Source of the DNA: Penicillus capitatus
Lineage: Eukaryota; Plantae; Chlorophyta
Direction of reading: 5' to 3'
DNA length: 64,000 nucleotides
Assembly (NCBI GenBank): GCA_965649825.1
Contig: OZ287695.1
Location: 186,001-250,000, forward strand
The notes below the pieces were generated by a model, which was not told where the DNA came from, searched no databases, and saw only the letters and a program-made list of their open reading frames with translations. Within the stretch, counting starts at the first letter, position 1; every line of letters starts with the position of its first letter. The position numbers were made by a program, and so were the translations under genes. Shown here piece by piece: positions 12,610 to 23,883 of this stretch.

Positions 12610-14517
12610 ATGGCCACTGCCGTCACAGAAAGACAAAGGAGAGGGCCAAATGCCGAAAACACGCTGAAGCCTTTGGCCGTTTCCAGTCTGACGACACAGC
12701 ACCTCGACGATATCAATCTTTTGCTGACCGTCGAGCAGGAAGCGCACAACAGAGTCACGCAACGCAAAATTCAAGTCCTCGCGGAAGAGACGGTCCGCGA
12801 TTTAAAAATTCACCTGCGCAAAAAGGAAGTCTTCACCAATCAGCACTGCCTTGTTTTTGGCCATCGAGAACTCCTCGAAGATGAGACCATTGGCCACGTA
12901 CGTACACACACCCATACCTAACCTATCTGTCACATCGTATGCCTGTTTGCTGTTCAGATAGCGGCGGAAGCGGGTGGCGGAAATTACTTACAGGTTTTGG
13001 CGAAGCTCTCAGATATCGGACGTCTTGAAGTGACGACAGACAAACAGAAGCGCACCCTGAAGAACGATCCTATCTCTTCTGTGCCGTCGCGCTGCGATCC
13101 GATGATATCGTCGATAGTGCCTTCTTCTCCTCTGCTCCTCCGCGGTCGAGTGATGGAGACAGGCAAAGAAATCTTGACAGCAATGTGTGCTGGATCGGAT
13201 AAACCGTCGCCGGCATCCGAATCGCTTCCTGGTGATCCGGTCGTCCATCTCGTGATTCGCAAGTCTTCGAAAGTGCACTGGCATCATCTGAAAGAGGGAT
13301 TCGATTTGCGCATCACCGCCGACGCTACGGTTGATGACGTGAAACAGAGATTGGCCGAAGTGGCCGAAGGCTTTGAGGCGAAAGATCACGCCGTGGTCAA
13401 GGCGGGGCATACGTTACAGCCTGGCATGTCGCTGTCGGAACTGGGCGTCGAGAAAGGCGATGTGTTGGAGATTGTCGAAGTGCCTCTGTGTCTCGAAGAG
13501 TATCGAGATCCGATGTCGCCGACGCGGATGAGTCCACGAGTGGAGATGCCGGAGGAGTGGCAAAAAGCAAAGGACGCTTTGGCACAGGGTATATTGCCCA
13601 AGCTGACGTCTCAAGGGACGGGTGGGTCTTATTTCATTTCAGCTATGGAGGGGAAGAATCTGGCCGTCTTTAAGCCAGAAGATGAGGAGCCCCGTGCACC
13701 GAATAATCCAAAAGGACATCGCCCGTCCTTTGCCGGCGATGGACTGCGCAAGGGAGTGCGTCCGGGAGAGGGGGCAACACGAGAAGTGATTGCGTTCACG
13801 TTAGATCACGAGCATTTCTCTGGAGTGCCGCCAACGACGATGGCATCGTTGAGCAGCAACCCCAGTCATGCTTCGCATCGAAAGGTCGGCAGCTTCCAAC
13901 AGTTTGTACAGCACGATGTCGATTGCGAAGAGATGGGTCCGTCCAACTTCCCCGTCCACGAAGTGCATAAAATCTGTGTGCTCGATATCCGTCTCGGCAA
14001 CACAGACCGCAACGCTGGCAATATTCTGGCCAGCAAGAAACAGGGAGAATGGATTTTGACGCCCATTGATCATGGCTACTGTCTCCCCGACAGTTTCGAA
14101 GACATTACTTTCGAGTGGATGTACTGGCCACAAGCAAAAGTGCCGTTCCGTCCGGAGACGCAGGCATACATCGCCGGTCTCGATGCGGAAGAGGATTTGG
14201 CATTGCTGGAGCGTTCGGGATTGTATCTTCGCCCCGACTGCGTTCGAGTCTTTCGCGTCTGCACGATGTTGTTGAAGAAATCGCTGTCCCGTGGAATGAC
14301 ACCTTACGATCTGGGATGCATGATGTGCCGCCAAGCACTATCGATGTCTCCATTGGAGAAGCTCCATAAAGGCGCCATGAAGCTGACACTTGGTCAAATG
14401 TATGGAGGCAGCTTTACGAGTGGCTCAGGGCACTTGGAAATGGACGAGGAGCTCTATCTCAAAACGATGAGCGATGTGATTGATCAATACTTAGATGAAA
14501 CAGCTGATGTACCGTAA
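12610..14517 (+). CDS. PI4KG: Type II phosphatidylinositol 4-kinase gamma with N-terminal ubiquitin-like domains
   Basis: Two Ubl-like segments precede GTGGSYF, AVFKPEDEEP, GEGATREV, KVGSFQQFV, VLDIRLGNTDRNAGNIL, PIDHGYCLP and FEWMYWPQA. Confidence 0.93.
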
Positions 14518-15075
14518 TAACTGCCAGACGAGACGGCCATGCCGTTCAGTTTGTTCGTTTTTTGAGTTCATCTGCCGCTTGTACGCTAGAAATTTCATGT
14601 TGCACGTGGTTTAAATCAACATATATGCATTTGAGTGTTTGTTTGTTCCTGTGTTTGCTTGCTTGCTTGTTCGGTTCGACACGATTGCATTCTTTCATTT
14701 TTCGTCACGAGATTATGATGACACGAATCAAGAAACGGCGCGCGCACCGATGCTTCACACGACGTCGTTCGAGTTTGTCCAGCACGACTGGAGTACTGTT
14801 CATATTGCTGCTGTCCGAACTGTAGACGATTTCGTATGTAAGCCGAGCACTTTATCATCGAGAGTGCCTCTCACTGTGCTCGAGGTACAACCAACCCATC
14901 CCCCTCCACCAGTACTGCCTCCCCCTCTTAGAAACGGCATCTATGACTCAATACACGATCGAACTGAATAAACAATGGCATGGAATAAATAACGAGTTCT
15001 ATGTACGACGTTCTTGTTTGGTAGATTGGGTACCACCACACAACAAATGTAAGCAGAGATTTGTATTGAAGACAT

Positions 15076-18000
15076 TTATGGCGTGACTGCTCCACAGCGC
15101 TCGTACTCGGTATCTTTGAGCGACGCTTCGCGCTTTGGACTATCAGAGGCTACGTTCCTTTGAGCAAAGGCATTCGCAGTTCGGCCAGGAGCCGTTCGAG
15201 TTGTCGCATTTTGTCGGCGGACTGAAGGCGATCGCGATCCAACGACTGCAGCAGCCGCTTCATATCCGATTCCAACTCACGGACGCGATGCGCCGACGTT
15301 TCTTTCTCTTTCTTCATCCTCGCGGCAATCTCCAGCGCCTTCTGTTTTTGCATGACCTCAATCTGAGAGCCAGTATCCGGTCTTCGCCCTTTACGCTACA
15401 AGGACAGCAGCGGTACCTGCAGCGTTTCGCGAAGCTTGGCCAGTTGCGACTCGAGATCGGTCTGTGCTGTCTGGCATCGCTCTTCTGCACTCAGCGCCGC
15501 CGTCAACCGCGTCAAGGCATCGTCCTTTTCGCGTTCCACCTTTTGAATTCTCTCTTCGTATGCCGTCTGCAACATTTCGTCAGGCAAAGGACGTCACTAT
15601 CAACGAATAGCGATCGATACTCACTCGATACGTATGTATCTGTTCCTCTATGTCGCGAATGGCGTGCGTTTTCTCTTCGTATTCAGATTGCTTTTGCGCC
15701 AGGCGTTTTTGCAACATCTTTGTCGTTTCCTTCTCTTCCTCGACTGCCATCTCCAGCGACGTCCGAACGCACGTCAGCTCCTCGCTGTCCATGAAAACAA
15801 GACGAACTCAGATGCACGTGCCACAGCCAGCTATGGCGCACTTGTGTTTTTCGGTCTCTCTGACCGACCTGTTTTGCAACTCGGTCGCTTCCGTTTCGGC
15901 ATCGTCCAGACGTCGTTGCAGATCCGACGCTTCTCTCTGAGCCTCGGCAATATCTTCTCTCAACTCTGCAATCGTCTCGTGCGCACTGGCGACCATCGTT
16001 TCTTTCACCTGCGCCGTCGAAAAGGGGATAGAGTGGAGGGTGTGGTTCCGACTCGCCTTGACGGCATCGGCGAGGGACACTTTATCTTTGTGCAGACCGT
16101 CGGACAGAGCGACCAGATCTCGATTCTTGTTCCGCACGCGTTGCAGCTCGTGTCGCAAGCAACGCACGCTCTTCTCCATTTCGAACGCCAATTCGCTTTT
16201 CTCTCTTTCAAAGGCCTTCCACTCTTCTTCCTTTTCCTTCAGCCGCCTCTCCGCTCTCTCCAATCGAATTCTGAAATCCTCCGCTTTCTCCGCGGACGCT
16301 TTCAACGACGCGATCTACAACCAGTCAACCGTCGCACCGTGAACGCATATCGCCAAACAGCACGCCTCTTACCTCTGCCTCCAAGGTGTTGAGTTTGGCC
16401 ACGCTCGAGGCATCGATCTGCGCAGAGAGGCTCGATACTTCGGTCTTCAACGACTGCAGTGCACGTGATCTACGTCGTTTCGGCGCAAAGCCTTGCTTGA
16501 ATCGTTTGCTTCTGTGTCTGCAGCACCGTCTGCATCTCTCTCATAACATCCTCCTGTTGTCTGCTTCGCTGCACAGCACCGTGGACAGCGATCTGCAGCT
16601 CGTGCGCTTTGCTCTCTTCGTCCTTAAGTCTCTTCCTCAGATCCACGTTCGCCTTCTCGCCGTCCTGAACAAAGTACTGCGTTCTTGTTGTCAAGGACAC
16701 AGGGGTGTCTACCGTCAGTGCCGCCTTCCATTTGCATTCGACAGCTGCAAACGTCTTCCTCAGACGCGTGGTCTCTTGTCGAAGCCTCTCGTCGACTGAT
16801 TCCTTTCCCTTCGCCTCTCCCTCTGTGTACGCACCCTTCACTGCCGTCTCGACGTTCTCCTCGTGTGCCTTCTCCAGGCGAACGCGTTCCTGAGGGATCC
16901 AAGGTTCTGGGCAGGTCATCATCTCGTCCGTGCTCACATGCCTTCCGGTGCGTCTCTCTTTCGCAATCGCGCTCCCGTTTTTCTGCCTCCAGTTTTTCTC
17001 GGAGTTCGTTCTCGGAGTCCTGGAGACGTTTTAAGCGTTCGGAGCAGTGTTCCAGTTCAGCCTCATACTCCTTCACCTACACCATCTTCCAGATTCCTGC
17101 AGATGGCGCGGTGTCTGCTGATGACCTTGGAGCTAAGGACGCTTGCGTTTTCCGCGGTCTCTCGTTTGACATCTGCCAATTCTGTCGATGCTGTTGACAG
17201 CGACGTCTCCAGTTCCTCAACCCTCTTTGTCTCCTTGGCAAGACGATCCTGTGTCTCCATAACTGGATGCAGTGCAGTGCAGGATCCACATACGTTTGTC
17301 GCTGTCAGCTGATGTGACATATCAGCGAGCTCAGCGGCATGTCGTTTTCGAGTATCTTCCACGTCACATCGCCGGAGCCGTCGCTCTTCTTCCAGTGCAG
17401 TCTTCGCTTCGTCCAAACGCCGAACGACATCTGCGTTTACGGACTTCTGCCTGAAAGAGATCGATTCCCCATTGGAGAGAGTGAGGAGACTGAATGGGTC
17501 ATTTGGAAGCACCCACCGTTCGAGTTCGCCGTGGGTCTTCTTTGCCAGTTCCTTTAGCGTCTGGATGACGTCCTCAGCTTCCGTCATCTTCTTTTGATAG
17601 TTCTTGACAGTGGTCTCGTGGATCTCTTGTCGCTTCCTACACACAGCATTGATCTTTGCGATGATGTGACAGCTGTGCAAGAAAGCGTACATCCATTCGC
17701 TTGCGGCGTGTTCTTTCTGCCGCTTCAGTCTTTCAGCGGAACGTTCCTTCAGATCGCGAACTTTGCAGAGAAACTCGCTTTCCACCTTCATTTGCTTCTT
17801 TTCTTTAGAAATCAGCTCCGCTGCACCGCACTCAAAAGTGAAGCCCTTTCAAACGTCACTTCAAAATTCCTGTGACCTTTGAGCAGCTCCATCTGGTGGG
17901 TCAGTTGAGTGATATCCGCCTTCAGCTGCTCCACTTCTCGCGTCGGAATGTCGGCATCGACGCCAATGGAGCGTGTGTGGACAACGATGCCGTCGTCTTC

Positions 18001-19000
18001 TGTCCAAACGCATTTGTGCGCCCATTCCACATCGCAAGAGACACAGACGTCTCGCCTTTCTCCTCTGCCCGCCTCTGTCTGCACCCCACGCGTCATACGC
18101 AAAACGTCGTCCGTCACTGGCGCCATTGCTGGATAGCCGACAGCAACCGAGAGAGACGGTCGAGGCAGAACAGCAACTCTTTCCTGATCCGTCGCCTGTG
18201 ACTGCACCGAGCACGAGGTTGCGTCAAAGGAAGGGACGCTCGCAGAACGGTGGATGCTGGAGATCTGCCTCTGGTCCTTCTGCTCTTTGTCGAAAGCGAC
18301 GGCCGTCTCGTTTGCCAACGGCTTTGGCTCGCTCCGAGCAATACTTGCATCTACATCTGTGCTCTCCTCGTCGTGTCTTAATATCTCCAGAGCGGACAGT
18401 CCTTGCAGTTCAGGCGAGGCCATGTTCAACAGGACAGGATTCCTGCGTATGTCGAGATGCGTCAGCGGCCCTCCTTTCAGCGCATTTAGGCCACGCAAGT
18501 GTGTGAGAGCGTTGTGCGCTAGCATCAGTGTCTTCAGACGTGGCAAACGCGGCAATCCCTCACACGTCTTCAGTCCATTGCTCGACAGATTCAGCGCCGT
18601 CAGCTTCGCGAGAAGTGGAAAGCCGTGAAGTTGCGTGATGCGGTTCGCTGAGAGATTCAGGTCGGTAAGCGCATGGAGCTCTCGTAATCCTTCGAAGGAG
18701 GCTATTGCGTTGGAGTGGAGATTCAATGTCGTCAACGCATCGCAGCGAAAATGGCCTGTGACGTCTTTGACGCAACGAACGCCCTTTCCGACATGCGACA
18801 GCCTCTTAACGTTCTCTCTCTTTCGCGGAAAAGGCATCGCGCCGTACAGGTGCAGCGAGACGCGTCGAGCGCTCTACTAACAAACGCTTTCGTGATGGGG
18901 TGACAAGACGTTGCCGATCACCGTCCAATGAGATTTGAACATCAAGGTACGCATCTCCATCTTCAGTCCGTTCCTGTAGCAGAAGAAAAGTCGTCATGCG
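15076..19000 (-). CDS. LRR plus long coiled-coil centriolar protein, LRRCC1/VFL1-like; termini approximate
   Basis: N-terminal LRRs (LNLHSNAI, LNLSANRI, LNLSSNGL, LMLAHNAL, LDIRRNP) are followed by about 3 kb of multi-exon coiled-coil sequence. Confidence 0.7.
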
Positions 19001-19413
19001 CGCCGCCGCCGAAATGCCGACAAGATGGAGACATCCAGGCGACTCAAGAGCGTTCAATGGCGGCAATCGGAAGAGTCTCCACAGACGGAAGGGATAGAAC
19101 GGCATCCGTGGGGGTGGGCGATACGCGATGACGTCGCCGAAAACAGGATGCGTTTTCAAAGCCGAATTGTACGGCACTGGTGTAACACTGACTCGTTGTC
19201 CACCATCGTTTATTCGATACAGATCACAGACAGATCCTGTTCAAATCTCCGTCTCAGTATAGAAAGATGGATGCATTCCACCACGGAAGGGAAAAAGAAA
19301 AAAACCAGGGCCGCTGTTCGGCACAAACACACACAGAAGACGCACACACATAAAAGAAAAAAACAATTTTTTCCAAGGGCAAAAATGCATGTTTGATGTG
19401 ACGGATCGCTGTA

Positions 19414-22091
19414 TCATTCATACACGAATACATCAGATGTTGGCCAAAACGATTCCTTTCTGAAAACGAATCCTGTCGTGCCTTTGCTATTCATGCGGCA
19501 CATCTTATCGATGATCTTGGCCGTCGTGTTCGGACCACAGTAGAAGACGCCCACCATCGGTTCACACGGAAAATCGGTTTTGACCCTTTCGAACAAGGCG
19601 TTCCAGTCCACGCGTCCAAAGCGTGTCATCATACGCGACATCCTGTCAGATCTCGATGCCTCGCTGCTCTCATACTGTGCCAGACAGAGCAGCATCGTTC
19701 GGATGTCGTTGGCGCCTTCGATCCCCTCGACGTGGATCTGGATATCGAGCACGAGATCTTCATCTCGATGCAGGATCTCCTCCAGTGTGCATTGAAACCA
19801 CGATGCCTCGCCTCGCGATTTCACCGTCCAATAGACGTAAACCTTTGCAACGCGGGTAGGCATCACGTATGGATTGCAGTAGCCACATCTGCGACAGGCA
19901 CAACGCTTGAGGGTGTCCAACTGTTTCTTCACGACTGAGAGAAAAGGAGCGATGCCGATGCCGGAGCCGATGAGGACGATGACTCGGTGGGCGGCATAGT
20001 CCTGAGCGGGAGAGCCAAATGGACCGTGTATACAGACAGACACATCGAACACCTTATCGTCCATCGTCTGTCCACGGGACCATCGCGATGAGATGGAACG
20101 CGAACTGTCGACGGGCGAATCCTTCTCCGTGCGATTCTTGGCCAACTCGTATAACGCTGTTGTCCAGTCGCCTGCCTTGCGCACGAGAACACCGAGATCT
20201 GTCTCATTAGGACAAGAGGCCAGCATGAACGGATGCCACTCGAAGCGAGAGATCTCGGGGCAACGGATGTAGATGAACTGACCAGGCGTGAATGAAAATC
20301 CCTTGGGACGGCGAAAGCAAAGACGGACGATCTCGCTGCCGATGAACTGAGCATCGACGACCTGTTGACTGTCTGTGCCGTGCTTAGCTCGGACGATGCG
20401 TTCCAGGACATAGATCAAGAGTGGAACGGACACCCAGAGCCAGAAGTCACTGCGTTCCTGCTCGCTGCGATCGTCCGGAAGATTTGGGAGGGGGTGGATG
20501 AGAAGCATCATGTAGAACACGATCAGCAGATGATGCGAATACCAGAAGTTGTTAAAGTCGTTTAGACATCGTCCCATGGCCCCCAGGCATCCTGATCGAT
20601 GACTTACATCGTTTGAGGCACGGAACATCGAGAGCTTCTTTGGGTAATCGAAAGCAAACAATGCGACCAATGTGTAGATCGTGATGAGCACGACGCCAGT
20701 GATCGATGCAGGAGTCATCAGAATGTCCTTCAGTTGCGGTTGCTGTTCTCCGTCGCAGAAGACACTCGGCGTTTCTCCATTGGCCGATAGCCAGATCTTC
20801 ATCTCGTCGTGTGTGACTCCCGTCACGTCACTCCCGTCACGGTCTTGGGGAAAGGCATAGCACCAGGCCTCTCTATACTTTGGGTCTTGAAAGCGGAAGA
20901 TGTGAATGATGTGACAGATGGTGTGTATCCAAGACAGCATGAACCCCGCTCGCCCGAGATACCTAACCCACAAAAGATCACACAGTTATCGACTGAAGGA
21001 CGAGGGAGGGACTTGTGGAGTTCAATGGCGTCGTCGAAGGGGAAGAGATGCTTCAGAATCGTGTCTCTCAATGTCGTCATGAGATTCCTCGAGACGGGCA
21101 GGAGAATGAGCATAAAGGTTGCCTTCATTGCTTCTGCACAGCCCTTTGCCACTGGAAACGTCCAGCCAAAGAGTCTGCGTCTGCGCGCCTCTCTGCATTC
21201 TTTCGGATCGTGTTCGGCCATGGCGGCGCTTAAAACCATGTAACGCGCCTCCTCAACTGTCATGCCAACCTGTCCAGTCTCTTCAGCGATGCGGAGGAGG
21301 TCCTGACGGGAGTATCCACTCAAAGGATCCGGCAGATCCATCTCCACGTCGTCACAGCTGCCCGCGCATTTAAAGAACATGTAGGCGAAGAGGTTGACAT
21401 GCAAGAGCAGGAGGAAGGTGCATATGAATGTCCATTGCGGATGGTTAACGATCCAGGAGACGGCCTTGCGCATCCACCTGAATCTCTTCCTCATTGGCGA
21501 TCGAGTCAACACCGACTCCTTTGCTCCGAGACGACCGAACGTCCAATCTTGCGAGAGGCTGGGGTATGTTTGCAATACCGTACGGAATGTTCGGTAGTGG
21601 ATGGCTGACGAGGCGCTGTCTGCTTCAAACAGCTCGAGCAAGGTGGCCACATAATATGTCCTCTCTACTTCGGTCATCTGTCGGCCTCCCTCTTCAGTCG
21701 TGGCCGAGAGAAGCGTCTCGAGGTCTGCCTTGGTGATGGCGCCGTCGCCGTCCACGTCGAAGATGCTAAAGAGAAATCGCATGCGCTCGTCTTCATCGTT
21801 GTCATGCGAGGAGCGAAGTTTGCGGTCTGCATTGACGTAGTCGTCGAGTGTAACTTCTCCAGCACTGTTACTGTCCAACACATCGAAGACCTTGCGTGCG
21901 AGCAATACATTTTCGACACCAGTGAGCCGCACGAATTCTGGAAAGGTCGCCTTGTCTCTGCCATTCGTCTCTTGAAGAAATGCGACGGTTACTGGTTCAA
22001 GGTCACACGAAGCATCGCGGCGTTGTCTGAGATCTAGTTGAATAGACATTGGATAGCGGAGGCACCAAGGCCTTGAGTGATGTTGATGCAC
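19414..22091 (-). CDS. RBOH: EF-hand NADPH oxidase (RBOH/NOX5-like)
   Basis: Two EF-hands (DSNSAGEVTLDDY, DVDGDGAITKADL), ferric-reductase TM segments with heme His residues, the FAD motif FEWHPF, and NADPH motifs GSGIGIAPF, VGVFYCGP and FRKESF. One 50-nt intron near 20.96-21.01 kb joins the two long ORFs. Confidence 0.95.
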
Positions 22092-22976
22092 AGGGGAGAG
22101 GAAACGCCACGCGTCACCGACCGATGCAAGAGGCAGTTAGACGGGAGAACAGAAGCAACGCGGACGTTCGATCACCATCATCACTCAATTAGTTCATTTC
22201 AAACAATCTCTTTCCCTGTTCTTTATTTCGCGAGAATCTATCATCAAGTTGCTCAAACTGCGATGGCTGATACATGAACTGAGAATTCATGAGTGGAAGA
22301 GTTGTTGCACACTCGAGAAGTTTGAACTGTTCAGAGGGATGTTGGAATTGCGTGTGTGTGCGGAGTAACCTCGATGTACATCTTAGAGAGCGCATATCTC
22401 TGCAGCCATGTTGCATGTCTGTCTGTAGTGTTCTCAAATGTATGCTCGTTTTTGTCCGAGTCGGTATTTGCGCCTTATCTAGGTTTTTTTACATCTTCAT
22501 ATCGCATTTCATCATTCCTTCAATCTTTATCAGAGACAGTGCCTGGCTACTTCAATCTGGATTTCACTCCGCGTATGCAGATATGGCCTCTGCGATAATG
22601 AAGGGGTCGTGTCTATGGATTCCGTAAACTCGGCGCTCGCATCCGCAGCTAGGCTACGTCTCGCAGAGAACGGTTAACCGAAGCTTGTCTTCCTGCCGAA
22701 TGCGACGGGATTTTCCATCTATTCGACAAAATAGACGTGATTCGGCAGAACATGGCTGGCCGTCGCTAGGCGATATGCGGTGACTGGCACCCGTGCTGTA
22801 TGTCTCCTTCGATTCCAAACGCCGATCTTTGCTTTGGTGACGTGTTCGCGGACTTCGACCTACATCCGCCCCCAGGTCGCGCAAAGGTTTTTGCCTTACC
22901 TTGTGTATACTGTGACAAAGCAGATGTTCGCACATTGTTCTGAAGCGCTCCTCTTACTCCTGCAGAGTTTCGCAGA

Positions 22977-23700
22977 ATGATCAAGAAACCTACCAAAGTG
23001 CTTCTCCTGCTTCTAGCTCACATGGTGTATCCCTTTCTCAGTGACACAAGTATCCCGTCTACCAGCAAAGCACGAACGATGTGTTCTCCCTATTAGGTTT
23101 AGAAACGGATCCTGACTCGAAAAGAAGCGTTTCGAACATAAGAGGGGTAACGCCATCAACGTCAGCCAAAATACTTTTGGATGTGATTTCGATCATGTGT
23201 GTTGTGCAGGATGACGATGTACCTGAGCATCGTTTTCATACGTATGTGATGTCTTCACTCCTGACAGAGTTCAGATAGTCTTGAATCAAAGCTGGAGAAA
23301 AGGTTCTGTACTGGAATGTGTGTTTGGAACGACTGGATGATCACGGCGGCACATTGCGCCGATATGAAGATGGTGAACAGCCCGTTGGCAGAACCTCCAC
23401 AGCTTTGTGCGGTTTGACCGAAATCGCTAAGAGTGACACTATTGATGAGGTGAATGCCTTTGAGCAATGAATGGTACATGATCGAGAAATTCTGTCGACA
23501 GGGTGTGTCTACAGCAACCATCTATGTTCATCAATTTTGCACGGGGAGATACATCAAGGTCATGGCAGTCCGCCCATCAAGCTTGACACAGCTTTCGGTC
23601 TTGAAATCCTTAAATGTGCCACTAAGGTCGGCGAACTAGTCGTAGACCAAGTGTTTGCTGTTTGCTGTCGGACGGGGACGTACGTCACAGTCATGATAAG
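22977..23700 (+). pseudogene. Truncated trypsin-like protease pseudogene
   Basis: The signal-like MIKKPTKVLLLLLAHMVYPFLSDT and the intron positions match the paralogues, followed by SNIRG, FCTG, WMITAAHC and FAVGRGR. It has in-frame stops (~23276), a frameshift after TAAHC and no GDSGG exon. Confidence 0.8.
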
Positions 23701-23883
23701 AATGCGTTCTCCCAAAAGTCTGTCAAATCAGTCGCCGTCAATAACATTTCACGCGGATTAAAATATCCGAATCATCCATTCTCCAGTGTGAAGTTTTCCG
23801 TGAACTTTGCGAAACGGCAAGCAGTTTTGCCCGTTCCGTCAAACTAGAAGCGAAGACGTTTACTGTGCGCTCTACATTCAAAC

